Below are positions 1-12,990 of a stretch of 64,000 bases of DNA, piece by piece. The notes beneath the pieces were generated by a model. That model was not told where the DNA came from, did not search any database, and worked only from the letters and a program-made list of their open reading frames with translations. Origin of the DNA: Mobula hypostoma (lineage: Eukaryota); assembly GCF_963921235.1 (NCBI RefSeq), contig NC_086098.1:3286001-3350000 (forward strand), in the 5' to 3' direction. The position numbers and the translations under genes are program-made. Within the stretch, counting starts at the first letter, position 1, and each line of letters starts with the position of its first letter.

Positions 1-239
1 AATCTACCACCACCCCGGCAAAGCATCTGAGGTGGTGGTTGAGGCTGATGCATTATGGACATTTAAGATACACTTCGCTGGGCAAGTGGATGAAAGAAAA
101 TGGAGCAATTGGCTTTCTGGAAGGGTAGGGTGAGATTGATCACAGAGTAGCTTTGAAAGTTACTACAATATTGTGGGTTGAGAGCCTGCTCTGTGCTGGT
201 ACTGTCAGTCCCTCTCAGATGTGATGAAATGACATTCAC

Positions 240-307
240 CTCAGCTCTGCAACACTTCCTTTCCTCGTTCCAGCGATCAATTACGTCAGACTGAACACTG
301 AGACATG
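240..307 (-). CDS. Candidate internal coding exon of an unidentified host gene (xCLSVQSDVIDRWNEERKCCRAE)
   Basis: Non-repetitive island. Minus strand reads tgcttttctcactcaaag|CATGTCTC...AGAGCTGAG|gtgaat; 68 nt, only one open frame. Protein not recognised. Confidence 0.3.
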
Positions 308-329
308 CTTTGAGTGAGAAAAGCAAACA

Positions 330-828
330 TAGTGTTCAGTTCTGGCCGCCTCACTAAAGGAAGGATATAGAATTTTTCGGGAGGGCGCAGAGGAGATTTA
401 CCAGGATGCTGCCTGGATTATAGAGCATGTCTTGTGAGGATAGGTTGAATGAGCTAGGGCTTTTCCCTCCGGAGTGAAGGAGGATGAGATTTGACTTGAT
501 AGAGGTGTACAAGATGATAAGAGGCATAGATAGAGTGGACAGTGGATACTTTTTCCTAGGGCTGATGCAAGAGGGCACAATGTTAGGGTGATTGGAGGAA
601 AGGGGGATGTCAGAGACAAGTTCCTTTACACAGACAGTGATGGGTGTGTGGCAGAGGCAGGGTGGTGAGAGAGGCAGATACATTACAGACATTTAAGAAA
701 CTCTTAGATAGAAAAAAAGGGCTATATGGGAGGAAAAGGTTAGATTAATTTAGAATAGTTTAAAATATTGATAAAACAGTTTGAGCCAAAGGGTCTACAC
801 TGTGCTGTAATTTTCTATGTTCTATGTT
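330..828 (+). mobile_element. CR1 LINE 3' fragment
   Basis: Degenerate ORF2 C-terminus (QRRFTRMLPGL...DLIEVYKMIRG) and TTCTATG-type tail. Confidence 0.85.
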
Positions 829-1297
829 AAAACAGCCCCAATGTGGTCTCAGCAACATCCTTTACATTAATAACACCCCTGTACTCCAAACCGCACATAA
901 CAGAAAATATTTACCTTCCTAAGCACCTGCTGTAGTTGTGTACCAACCTTTTTAAAAGATAAATATTCACCAGTATTCCTATCAAAGTGAATGATCTTAT
1001 ATTTCCTTACATCATTTGAAATTAGCCATCTTCCTTCTTTATTACCTGGCCTCTCAGCATTACTTTGCATGCAATCTCCTTTGAATCAATTTTCTTTGGT
1101 AGATGTGTCCTAATACTAAGGTAAAATATAAATAATGAAGCTCAGGAATTAGAAATGAGCCATGAATTGCATCCCTCAACTTTCATATTACACTTGTTCA
1201 CAGAATAATAATAATAACAATAATGCTTTTGTATTTATTATTCTGCCTGTTTGATTATTCAACAACATTTACCACTGCAAAAGAATTGCTTTCTTTC

Positions 1298-1459
1298 AAA
1301 CAACAGGAATTCTGCAGATGCTGGAAATTCAAGCAACACACATAAAAGTTGCTGGTGAACGCCTGACGAAGGGTCTCGGCCTGAAACGTTGACTGCACCT
1401 CTTCCTAGAGATGCTGCCTGGCCTGCTGCGTTCACCAGCAACTTTAATGTGTGTTGCTT
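1298..1459. mobile_element. Penelope-like pLTR-only insertion (inverted pLTR pair) with hammerhead core
   Basis: Inverted repeat 1331-1362/1428-1459; CTGACGA...GAAACGTT core at 1363-1390; flanking duplication TTGCTTTCTTTCAA at 1286-1299 and 1454-1467. Confidence 0.75.
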
Positions 1460-2042
1460 TCTTTCAACATTTTTTCAGTTTATTTTCCATTGATACCTCT
1501 CGCTGCAGTCCAATCTTACTTTCTTCCTGTACTTAAAAAGGATCAGCCATGACTGAATGGTGGAGCAGACTCGATGGGCCAAATAGCCTAATTCTAGCCC
1601 TATGTCATATGGTCTTCTGGTCTTAAAATCAAAACAGTTCCTCAAGGTATTGACTCAAGCACACCAGTGTTTTCAGGAGAGACGAGACTATTAATTAATT
1701 AATTTAGCAACACAGCATAGAACAGCTCTTCAATTCAAGTTTAATTGTCATTCAACCAGACATGTATACCCAGCCAAATGAGACAATGTTACTGTGGGGT
1801 CAAGATATAAAACATGGTACAGACAGTCATACACAGCACAAAGCACACACCAGATAGCAATCACATAATAAAAGAGTCCCAAAACAAGAGAGACGACAAC
1901 AATGCCCATCTCCCAGTGAGCGAACGGTGAGGGCAGCACCGACTCCACACTGCCCCTGGCGGTTGGCACGGCCCCAATGTCCCACCCATACCTGGCAACA
2001 CTGCAGCTTGAGGCCCAGTTTTCACACGTACAAGACAATAAG

Positions 2043-2988
2043 CACATAGAAATATAGAAAGCCTACAGCACAATACAGGCCCTTCGGCCCACAAAGTTGT
2101 GGCGAACATGTCCCTACCTTAGAAATTACTAGGGTTACCCATAGCCCTCCATTTTTCTAAGCTCCATGTACCTATCCAAAAGTCTCTTGAAGGACCCTAT
2201 CGTATCTGCCTTCACCACTGTTGCTGGCAGCCCATTCCACGCACTCACCACTCTCTGAGTAAAAAACTTACCCCTGACATCTTCTCTGTACCTACTTCCC
2301 AGCACCTTAAACCTGTGTCCTCTTGTGGCAGCCATTTCAGCCCTTGGAAAAAGCCTCTGACTATCCACACAATCAATGCCTCTCATCATCTTATACACCT
2401 CTATCAGGTCACCTCTCATCCTCCGTCGCTCCAAGGAGAAAAGGCCAAGTTCACTCAACCTATTCTCATAAGGCATGCTCCCCAATCCAGGCAAATCTCC
2501 TCTGTACCCTTTCTATTGATTCTACATCCTTCCTGTAGTGAGGCGACCAGAACTGAGCACAGTACTCCAAGTGGGGTCTGACCAAAGTCCTATATAGCTG
2601 CAACATTACCTCTCAGCTCCTAAATTCAATCCCACGATTAATGAAGGCCAATACACCATGTGCCTTCTTAACCACAGAGTCCACCTGCACAGCTGCTTTG
2701 AGCGTCCTATGGACTTGGACCACAAGATCCCTCTAATCCTCCACACTGCCAAGAGTCTTACCATTAATACTATATTCTGCCATCATATTTGACCTACTGA
2801 AATGAACCACCTCACACTTATCTGGGTTGAACTCCATCTGCCACTTCTCAGCCCATTTTTGCATCCTATCAATATCCTGCTGTAACCTCTGACAGCCCTC
2901 CACACTATCCACAACACCCACAACCTTTGTGTCATCAGCAAACTTATTTACCCCTCCCTCCACTTCCTCATCCAGGTCATTTATAATA
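2043..2988 (-). mobile_element. CR1 LINE, 5'-truncated (RT C-terminal half)
   Basis: ORFs 2733..3110 (INDLD..KFADDTK..KWQMEFN) and 2135..2494; tail at the left end. Confidence 0.9.
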
Positions 2989-3039
2989 CATGTATATAGT
3001 CCAGACCCCCAGTCTACCAATATCATCAGTTGACCACAG

Positions 3040-3313
3040 TACAGCTTCTTGCCCAGATGCATGCCAATGACTCCTTCGGGCACAATGAGCTGGGCCACCC
3101 AGCCACCCACCTATTAACCCTAACCTAATCACAAGATAATTCACAATGACCAATTAACCTACCAACTGTAGGTCTTTAAACAGTGGGAGAAAACCAGAGC
3201 ACCCAGAGGAAACCTACACGCAGATGGGAAAAACAAACAAACTTTCTTGAAGAGGACGCTGGAATTGAACTCCCAGCTGCAACACCCCAAGCTGTAAGAG
3301 AGTTGTGCTAACT
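3040..3313 (-). mobile_element. V-SINE (HE1-like tRNA-derived SINE), head interrupted by a CR1
   Basis: Reverse complement of the V-domain motif GGTTTCCTCTGGGTGCTCTGGTTTT.CTCCCAC. Confidence 0.7.
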
Positions 3314-4704
3314 ATAGGCCGGTAAGTTTAATGTCGGTAGTAGGTAAGTTATTGGAGGGAGTACTAAGAGACAGAATCTACAAGCATTTGGATAGACAGG
3401 GACTTATTAGGGAGAGTCAACATAGCTTTGTGCGTGGCAGGTCATGTTTGACCAATCTATTGGAGTTTTTCAAGGAGGTTACCAGGAAAGTGGATGAAGG
3501 GAAGGCAGTGGATATTGTCCACATGGACTTCAGTAAGGTCTTTGACAAGGTCCTGCATGGGAGGTTAGTTAGGAAAATTCAGTCACTAGGTATACATGGA
3601 GAGGTGGTAAATTGGATCAGACATTGGCTCAATGGAAGAAGCCAAAGAGTGGTAGTAGAGAATTGCTTCTCCGAGTGGAGGCCTGTGACTAGTGGTGTGC
3701 CACAGGGATCAGTGCTGGGTCCATTGTTATTTGTCATCTATATCAATGATCTGGATGATAATGTGGTAAACTGGATCAGCAAATTTGCTGATGATACAAA
3801 GATTGGAGGTGTAGTAGACAGCGAGGAAGGTTTTCAGAGCCTGCAGAGGGACTTGGACCAGCTGGAAAAATGGGCTGAAAAATGGCAGATGGAGTTTAAT
3901 GCAGACAAGTGTGAGGTATTGCACGTTGGAAGGACAAACCAAGGTAGAACATACAGGGTTAATGGTAAGGCAATGAGGAGTGCAGTGAAACAGAGGGATC
4001 TGGGAATACAGATACAAAATTCCCTAGAAGTGGCGTCACAGGTAGATAGGGTCGTAAAGAGAGCTTTTGGTACATTGGCCTTTATTAATCGAAGCATTGA
4101 GTATAAGAGCTGGGATGTTATGATGAGGTTGTATAAGGCATTGGTGAGGCCATATCTGGAGTATTGTGTTCAGTTTTGGTCACCAAATTACAGGAAGGAT
4201 ATAAATAAGGTTGAAAGAGTGCAGAGAAGGTTTACAAGGATGTTGCCGGGACTTGAGAAACTCAGTTACAGAGAAAGGTTGAATAGGTTGGGACTTTATT
4301 CCCTGGAGCGTAGAAGAATGAGGGGAGATTTGATAGAGGTATATAAAATTATGATGGGTATAGATAGAGTGAATGCAAGCAGGCTTTTTCCACTGAGACA
4401 AGGGGAGAAAAAAACCAGAGGACATGGGTTAAGGGTGAGGGGGGAAAAGTTTAAAGGGAACATTAGCGGGGGCTTCTTCACACAGAGAGTGGTGGGAGTA
4501 TGGAATGAGCTGCCAGACAAGGTGGTAAATGCGGGTTCTTTTTTAACATTTAAGAATAAATTGGACAGATACATGGATGGGAGGTGTATGGAGGGATATG
4601 GTCCGTGTGCAGGTCAGTGGGACTAGGCAGAAAATGGTTCGGCACAGCCAAGAAGGGCCAAAAGACCTGTTTCTGTGCTGTAGTTTCTATGGTTCTATGG
4701 TTCT
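3306..4704 (+). mobile_element. Young 5'-truncated CR1 LINE with uninterrupted RT-region ORF 3331..4626 (431 aa)
   Basis: [16 protein letters not shown] and FADD motifs, CR1 C-terminus, (TTCTATGG)n tail. Confidence 0.95.
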
Positions 4705-5254
4705 ACTGAACTGTTGCTGGCACCCACTAGCATCAGACTGGTTCTGAAACATTAAAAAATTTTCTGACTGCTTCTGCGAGTAAACTGAAAATTGGTAATA
4801 TTTTAAATTGCCTTGGGTACTGTGATATTCTTTAACCAGGAGGAAATCATTGCCACTGACTCTGTCTTCACTGGTACTATGATATTCTTCCTTGAGTACT
4901 ATGATACAGTTTAACCAGGAGAGTCATTGCTACTGGTTCAAAGTTTCATTCATTATCAGCGTATGTATCCGTATACGACTCCGAGATCCGTCTTCCCCAG
5001 TTTGTCACGGAACAAAGAAAGAACATGAAGTCATTCAGAGAGACACATCAAACTACCCTCCCTCAGAAACAAGATCCTGATAGGGTCAACCCCAAAAAAC
5101 CTCTGCTTCCACACAAATGCAACAAATGCATTGACCGCCAAACTGCCTCCTCTGCACAAAACAGAACAAAAACATCAACCCTCAAACCCCCTTCCCCTCA
5201 CACAATTAACACAAAAGCATCAACCTCCAATTGATGATATTGGTGGAACTTAGG

Positions 5255-6439
5255 AAAATGAAGGCTCCTTTTCATTGACTACAGCTCTGCCTTTAATACC
5301 ATCATTCCAAATAAACTGATTCCTAAGCTCCAGAACCTGGGCCTTAGCACTCAGATCCGCAGCTGGATCTTCAACTAGCTCACAGACAGGACCCAGGCTG
5401 TAAAAATAGGGGACAAGCTCTCCTCTACAATCACTCTGAGCACCGGTGCCCCACAAGGCTGTGTACTCAGCCCCCTGCTGTACTCACTGTACACCCATGA
5501 TTGTGTAGCCAAGTTTCTATCAAACTCAATATATAAGTTTGCTGATGATACAACAATTGTAGGCCGTATCTTGGGTAATGATGAGTTTGAGTACAGAGAG
5601 GAAATTAAGAACCTGGTGGCATGGTGCGAAGACAATAACTTATCCCTCAACGTCAGCAAGACGAAGGAATTGGTTGTTGACTTCAGAAGGAGTAGTGGAC
5701 CGCACGACCCCATTTACATCGGTGGTGCGCAAGTGGAACAAATCAAAAGCTTTAAGTTCCTCGGGGTCAATATCACAAATGACCTGACTTGGACCAGCCA
5801 AGCAGAGTCCACTGCCATGAAGGCCCACCAGCGCCTTTACTTCCTGAGAAAACTAAAGAAATTTGGCTTGTCCCCTAAAACCCTCACTAATTTTTATAGA
5901 TGCACCATAGAAAGCATTCTTCTAGGGTGCATCACAACCTGGTATGGAAGGTGTCCTGTTCAAGACCGAAAGAAGCTGCAGAAGATCGTGAACACGGCCC
6001 AGCACATCACACAAACCAATCTTCCGTCCTTGGACTCACTTTACACTGCACGCTGTCGGAGCAGTGCTGCCAGGATAATCAAGGGCACAACCTAACCAGC
6101 CAACACACTTTTTGTCCCTCTTCCCTCCGGGAGAAGGCTCAGGAGCTTGAAGACTCGTACGGCCAGATTTGGGAACAGCTTTTTTCCAACTGTGATAAGA
6201 CTGCTGAACGGATCCAGACCCGGATCTGGGCCGTACCTTCCAAATATCCGGACCTGCCTCTCAGTTTTTTTGCACTGCCTTACTTTCCCTTTTCAATTTT
6301 CTATTTATGATTTATAATTTAAATTTTTAATATTTACTATCGATTTATACTCCAGGGAGCGGGAAGCGCAGTATCAAATATCGCTGTGATGATTGTGCAT
6401 TCTTGTATCAATTGTTTGGCGACGATAAAGTGTAAAGTC
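5255..6439 (+). mobile_element. Rex1/Babar LINE, 5'-truncated
   Basis: [77 protein letters not shown]-type tail. Confidence 0.9.
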
Positions 6440-7240
6440 TAATGGCGACTCCCTTGCTTGTATCTTTGGAAACAGCTCTATTTCTATCTTTAATATCTCT
6501 ATATTTCTTTCAGGGTTCTTTCGAAGACCCTGACCTAGAGTTACATGCTGACTTCAGTTCTTTGCGGGAATGGAACCTGCTCTCAGGATCTCATGACTGG
6601 CCGCTATTCGATATACCAAGGACACAGCTTAGAAAACTCGTATGTCTTCAGGGATCTGGGATTTTGTGACTCTGGAGGCAGGCAGATTTGAGGTCAGTGA
6701 CTCTGCAGGGAATCAGTGTGTCGTGGGAGTACATAGAAGATCGAAAGCAGTGAGCTGGCTGCTGGCTGTCTGCCCAGAGACCCGAGTTCTTTGGGCACAG
6801 AGCTCAGAAGAAGCGACACAACAGACTTTTAACATCGTAAATCAGCGAGTTGTTTGTTATGTGTCCCCTGTCGCTGTGAAACAGGGATACTTCTTTTTCC
6901 CTTATTGAGAGAGAAGGAGAGCCTGTGGTATGTCGAAAACTGGGTGAATGAGTAGTCTTTGGGGGTGCAAGTTTCTGTCTTCATTGATGCTTTGCTGCAT
7001 GCTTGAGTGCTCAGTGGTGGGCGCTGATTTTTTTTTACTGGGGGGAGGGGAGGTCGTTGCTTTGTTGCTGCTGATGTGTGTCTGGGGGGAGCTGACGAGG
7101 GGGGAACTTTGGGGCTCTAACATTTGCCTGTCATTCATTCTTTGGGGCACTCCTCTGTTTTCGTGGATGTTTGCAAAGAAAAAGAATTTCAGGATGTATA
7201 TTGTATACATCTCTCTGACATTAAATGTACCTTTGAAACC
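6440..7240 (+). mobile_element. Non-coding short element ending in a Rex1-type 3' tail
   Basis: Starts AATGGCGAC, has no RT homology, and ends aagaatttcaggatgtatattg...cattaaatgtacctttgaa like other Rex1-type tails in the window. Confidence 0.45.
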
Positions 7241-7401
7241 AAACCCCCTTCCCCATGAATATAAAATGCACAGAATATAAAAATTATAAGTCTGAAATTG
7301 TCTAAAAGTCTGAAAGTAATTCAGAACAGTCCAGGAACACGATCACCTAATCGATAAATGCAGAACCGCGGTAACATTCTCTGACAACACTGACATCATC
7401 G

Positions 7402-7870
7402 AAATCTTGCCTCCTGAGTGTTAGGGTCCAGGATATATCAGATCGAGTTCTCAGCATACTTAAATGGGAGGGTGAACAGCCAGACATTGTGGTCTATGTA
7501 GGTGCCAATGACATGGGTCTGACGATTGTTGAGGTCCTGCATAGGGAGTGCTCAGTTAAAAGGCAGGACCTCTAGAGTTGTGATCTCAGGATTGCTACCA
7601 GTCCCACAGTTTAGTGTGTGGCTAAGGAGTTGGTGTAGGAGGGAGGGCATAACATTTTTGGATCATTGGGCTCTCTTCCAGGGGATATGGGACATGTAAA
7701 AAAGGGACAGTTTGCAGCTGAACCGGAGAGGAAGGTGTGTTAAATCTGCAGAGTAGGGTTTAAACTGGAGTTGTAGGGGATGGGAGCCAGAGAGCGAGAG
7801 CAGTTAGTGGAGAGGTTGTGGAGAAAGATGTTGGTAAGACCTCAAAGATAGGAATCAAAAGGTTCAGCAT
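7402..7870 (+). mobile_element. CR1 ORF1 (SGNH esterase-like) remnant; element resumes at 10559
   Basis: EGEQPDIVVYVGAND, VVISGLLPV and FLDHW motifs; homologous to 50480-51000 on the minus strand. Confidence 0.8.
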
Positions 7871-8245
7871 AAGCTACAGGGGCAGAATTAGGCCATTTGG
7901 CCCATCAAGCCTGCTCTGCCATTTCATCATAGCTGATCCGTTTTTCCTCTCTGCCCGTATCCTTTCATGCCCTGACCAACCAAGAATCTATAAACCTCTG
8001 CCTTAAATATACATAAAGACTTTGCCTTCACAGCTGCCTATGGCAAATAATTACTAATGCCTCTACAATCTCCACTGCTAAATCTTTCAGAACCCTAGGG
8101 TATACATCATCTGGTCCAGGTGATTTATCTACCTTCAGAACTTTCAGTTTCACAAGAATCTTCTCTCTCGTTACAGAAACTTCACACACATCATGCCCCC
8201 GACACTCGGAACTTCCACCATATTGCTAGTGTCTTCTACAGTAAA

Positions 8246-8767
8246 GAACACAAGAACATAAGAAATAGGAGCAGGAGTAGACCATCTGGCCCATCGTGCC
8301 TGCTCTGCCATTCAATAAGATCATGGCTGATCTGGCCATGGACTCATCTCCACCTACCTGCCTTTTCCCCATACCCCTTAATTCCCTACTGTGCAAAAAT
8401 CTTTCCAAACTCATCTTAAACATATTAACTGAGGTAGCCTCCACTGCTTCATCGAGAAGGGACTTCCACAGATTCACCACTCTTTGGGAAAAGCAGTTCC
8501 TCCTCATCTCTGTCCTAAATCTACTCTCCCGAATCCTGAGGCTGTGTCCCCAAGTTCTAGTCTCACTTACCAGTGATAACAACTTTCCTGCCTCTATCTT
8601 ATCTACCCCTTTCATAATTTTATATGTTTCTATAAAATCTCCTCTCATTCCAGCAAGTACAATCCCAGACAACTCATTCTCTCCTCATAGTCTAACCCCC
8701 TCATCTCTGGATCTACCTGGTGAACCTCCTCTGCACTGCCCCCAAAGCCAGTATATCCTTCCTCAAG
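8246..8767 (-). mobile_element. CR1 3' fragment
   Basis: ORF 8226..8672 (MRGDFIETYKIMKG...FSQRVVNLW); (TTCTTATG)n tail. Confidence 0.9.
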
Positions 8768-10402
8768 AACTGTTGCAAAATGTTGTAGTGTGTAAAGGAA
8801 GAGAAGTGAGTGCAGTTACAACTACAAGGGAGAAGGCGCTCAAAAAGCTGAAAGACCTAAGGATACATTACGGACCTGATGAACTGCACCCTAGATTCTC
8901 AAAGAGGTAGTGTTAGAAATTGTGGAGGCATTAGTATTAACCATTCTAAAATCATTGCACTCTGGCATAGTGCCAGAGGACGGGAAAATTTCAAATGTCA
9001 CTCCATTCTTTAAAGAAGAACAAAGGCAGCAGAAAGGAAATTATACACCAGTTACCCTGACCTCAGTGGTTGGGAAGATGTTGAAGTCAATTGTTAAGGA
9101 TAAGGTTATGGAGTACTTGGGGACACAGGACCAGATAGTACAAAATCAGCATGATTTCTCTGGGGGAGAATCCTGCCTGATGAACCTGTTTGAATTCTTT
9201 GAGGAAATTACAACTAGGATAGATAAAGGGGGTGCAGTGGATGTTCTATATTTGGACTTTCAGAAACCCTTTGACAAGGTGCCATACATGAGGCTGCTTA
9301 CCAAGTTAAGAGCCCATGGATTTACAGGAAATTTACTGGAATGGTTAGAGCATTGGCTGATTGGTAGGAGGCAGGGAGTGGGAATAAAAGGATCCTTTTC
9401 TGGTTGGCTGCCAGTGACGAGTGGTGTTCCGCAGGGGTCTTTTTATGCTGTATATCAATGATTTTGCCAATGAAATAAATAGCTTTGTTGCCAAATTTTC
9501 AGATGATGTGAAGATTGGTGGCATGTAGTGTTAAGGAAACAGGTAGGCTGAAGAAGGACTTAGATTAGGAGAATGGGCAAGACAGTGGCAAATGAAATAC
9601 AATGTTGGAAAATGCATGGTCATGTACTTTGGTAATAGAAATAAATGTGCAGACTATTTTCTAAATAGGGATAAAATCCAAAAATCTGAGATGCAATAGA
9701 CTTGGGAGTCCTTGTGCAGAACACCCAACAAGTTAACTTACAAGTTGAGTCAGTGGTGAGGAAGGCAAATGCCATGTTAGTATTTATTTCAAGAGGTCTA
9801 GAATACAAGAGCAGGGATGTGATGCTGAGGCTTTATAAGGCACTGGTGAGGCCTCACCTTGTTAACAGATTTGGGCCCCTCATCTGTGAAAAGATGTGCT
9901 GGCATTGGAGAGGGTCCAGAGGAGGTTCACAAGGATGATTCCAGGAATGAAAGGGTTATCATATGAGGAACGTTTGATGACTCTGTGTCTGTGCTCACTG
10001 TAATTCAGAAGGATGACAGGGGATCTCATTGAAACATTTCAAATGTTGAGAGGCCTAGACAGAGTAGATATTGAAAGGATGTTTCCTATGGTGGGGGAGT
10101 CTAGGACAAGAGCACACAGCCTCAAGATAGAGGAGTGTCCTTTTAAAGCAGGGATGTGGAGAAATTTATTTCGCCAGAGTGGTGAGTTTGTGGAACTTGT
10201 TACTACATGCAGCTGTGGAGACTAGGTCACTGGGTATATTTAAGGCAGAGATTGATAGGTTCTTGATAGGAGGTGGCATCAAATTACGGGGGAAGGCCCG
10301 TGAGTGGGGCTGAGGAGAGGATCAAAGGATCAGCCATGATTGAATAGCAGAGCAGAGTCGAAGGGCCAAATGGCCTAATTCTGCTCCTATGTCTTATGGT
10401 CT
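8768..10402 (+). mobile_element. CR1, 5'-truncated, degenerate RT
   Basis: ORFs 8910..9461 (YLDFQKPFDKVP, SGVPQG), 9702..9938 and 10013..10225; tail. Confidence 0.9.
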
Positions 10403-10558
10403 AAAGATCCAAAATACTTATGTTCATCTGCTGTTTCATTGTCCCCCATTACTACTTCTCTAGCACCATTTTCCAAAAGTCCAATATCCACTCTCACCTC
10501 TATTTTACACTTTATGCAAACGAACAAACTTTTGGTACACTCTTTAATATTATTGGCT

Positions 10559-11712
10559 AGCATGGTGTGATTAGTGTCCTGAGCTGCATATATTTAAATG
10601 CAAGAAGTATTGTAGGAAAGGCGGATAATAGTGCTAAAGATGAAAAAGTAAAGATTCTTGCATGGATAAAGCAATGGCTAATTAGCAGGAGGCAAAGATT
10701 GGGAATAAAGAGAGCCTTTTCTGGTTGGCTGCCAGTGACTAGTGGTGTTCCACAGGGATCTATTTTGGGACTGATTCTCTTTACATCATATGTCAATGAT
10801 TTGGATGATGAAATTGATGGCTTTGTTGCAAAATTTGCAGATGATATGAAGACCGGTGGAGGGGCAGGTAGTTTTGAGGAAGTAGAGACGCTACAGAAGG
10901 AATTAGACTGTTTAGAAGAATGTACAAAGAAATGGCAGATGGAATATAGCGTCACAAAGTGTATAGTTTTCACTTTGATTGAAGAACTGAAATGGTTGAA
11001 TATTTTCTGAATGGAGAGATGATACACACAGGGATTTGGGAATCCTCATGCAGAATTCCCTGAAGGTTAATTTGCAGGTTGAGTCTGTGGTGTGGAAGCC
11101 AAATGCAATGTTTGTGTTCATTTCAAGAGGACTAGAATATAAAACAAAGATGTAACGTTGTAACTTTATAAAGTGCTGGTGGGTCCTCACAGAGTATTGT
11201 GAGCAGTTCTGGGTCCCTTATCCTAGAAAGGATGTGCAAACACTGGAAAGGGTTCAAAGGAGGTTCACAAAAATGGTTCCAAGATTGAATAGCTTGTCAT
11301 TTGAAGAGCGTTTGATGGCTCTGGGCCTGTATTCACTAGAATTCAGAAGAATGAGGGGTGGCCTTATTGAAACCTATCAAATGGTGAAAGGCCTTGATAG
11401 AGTGGATGTGGGGAGGATCTTTCCTATGGTGGGGGAGTCTAAGGCCAGATGTCGCAGCCTCAGAATAGAGGCTTCTAGCGTGGAAATTAAGAGGTATTCC
11501 TTTTACCTGTGAGTGGTGAATCTGTGGAATAAGCCTTTATGTCTTTATGTATAGTTAAGGCAGGATTGATAGATTCTTGATTGGTCAGAGTATGAAGGGA
11601 TACTAGGAGAAGGCAGGAGACTGGTGCTGAGAGAAATATTGGGGGATCTGCAATGATGAAATGGAGGAGCAGATGGCTTAATCCTGTTGCTATATCTTAT
11701 GATCTTAAGGTC
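10559..11712 (+). mobile_element. CR1 continuation: ORF2 start fused by deletion to RT C-terminal half
   Basis: LSCIYLNARSIVGKAD followed directly by ILAWIKQWL...SGVPQGS...FADD; tail near 11700. Confidence 0.85.
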
Positions 11713-11884
11713 TTTTTGCCTTCCCTTTAAAACGTCTTAAAGATTACATCTTTTAACACGCTTTTGACTAACAGACCCAATGTCTGTTTCCTGGTGCATG
11801 CTATTAAATTTTATTTCAGAGCAGCTTGATGGAGAAGCTTTGAGTGTTTGATTATCTTAAAAAACAGATTTTTAAAAATTCTAA

Positions 11885-12040
11885 GCACAAAGGATTCTGC
11901 GGATGCTGAAAACCTGGAGCAACACACACAAAATGGTGGAGGAACTCAGCAGGGTAGGAAATGAATAAACTGTCAATATTTCAGGAGAAAGCCTTCATCA
12001 AGACTGGAAGGGAAGGGGAAGAAGCCCGAAGCTTGCTTCT
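11885..12040 (-). mobile_element. Penelope-like pLTR, degenerate
   Basis: ttctgcggatgctg...gcaacacacacaaaat..tggaggaactcagc motif; decayed hammerhead at 11970-12007. Confidence 0.65.
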
Positions 12041-12239
12041 TGCCCTTTTCCTTTCTCGTTGCGATGATGAGCCTTGGCCAGCAAAATTGACTGTTTAAAA
12101 ATGCTGATATTTTGTTTCAACAGTAGATATTTATAGCCAGTCTCCTTCCCAGGCTGTTCCAAAATCTCATTTACTTTACTTGTTTGTTTTGATTTGGATA
12201 TACATCGTTTGTACATCACAGGAAAAGTATTGCCAGCCC

Positions 12240-12430
12240 CCAGAGTCCACACCTGCCCAAATACCAATTCACCTGCTAACCCATAAGTCTTTGGACTGGG
12301 AGAGCACCCGGAGGAAAGCCACAGAGCCACAGGCAGAACGTACAGACTCCTTACAGACAGCAGTGGGACCTGAATCAAGTTTGCTGGTGCTAGTAGTGTG
12401 TTACGATGAATGCTATGGTATCGTGCCACC
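12240..12430 (-). mobile_element. V-SINE
   Basis: tctttggactgggagagcacccggaggaaa V-domain and degenerate tRNA head. Confidence 0.6.
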
Positions 12431-12539
12431 CAGGAGCGTGTTTACGTTCCATTAGCTGGTTCAAAACTGGGGGACAAAGCAGGAACCAGAGTGAATAATC
12501 ACTCTGTAAGCTGTTAGAAACTCACCAGGGTACCACAAC

Positions 12540-12990
12540 TGCTGTGCAAATGATCACAAGAAACTGCAGAGAGTTGTGGACACAGCTCAGTATATCACAG
12601 AAATGAGCCTCCCCTCCATGGTCTCTGTCTATACTTCTCACGCCTCAGTACAGCTGACAGCCTAATCAAAAACCTTAACCATCGTGGATATTCTCCCTCC
12701 CCCCCCTTCCATCAGACAGAAGATACAAAAGTGCATATCACCTGGCTCACGGCCAGCTTCTATCCCACTGTTATAAGACTATTAAATAATTCCCTAGTAC
12801 GATAAGATGGGCTCTTGGCCTCACAATCTACCTCTTTATGTTCTAGTACCTTATTGTCTACCTGCACTGCAAATTGAGAGTAGCAGCTTAGTGCTTTGTG
12901 CAATGAGTTGATCTTTATGAAGTATGCAAGACAGGCTTTTCACTCTATCTCACTACAGGTGACAATAATGAACCAATTCCAATTCCATTT
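12540..12990 (+). mobile_element. Rex1/Babar 3' fragment
   Basis: DHKKLQRVVDTAQYIT...PSDRRY, SFYPTVIRLLN; (CCAATT)n tail. Confidence 0.75.

Larger units (their letters stand above)
7871..10558 (-). mobile_element. Internally deleted CR1 (7871-8245 plus 10403-10558) hosting two further CR1 insertions
   Basis: Tail at 7871. The KYFxSVFTVED motif is split between 8245 and 10403. AGCAT is duplicated at 7866-7870 and 10559-10563. Confidence 0.7.

Noticed and set aside
3331..4626. Host or domesticated reverse transcriptase gene
   Set aside because: 5'-truncated CR1 with a typical tail and a near-identical sibling copy; the open frame reflects youth.
8296..8910. 204-aa ORF and similar ORFs antisense to LINEs
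   Set aside because: Antisense shadows of CR1/Rex1 ORF2 that cross element junctions.
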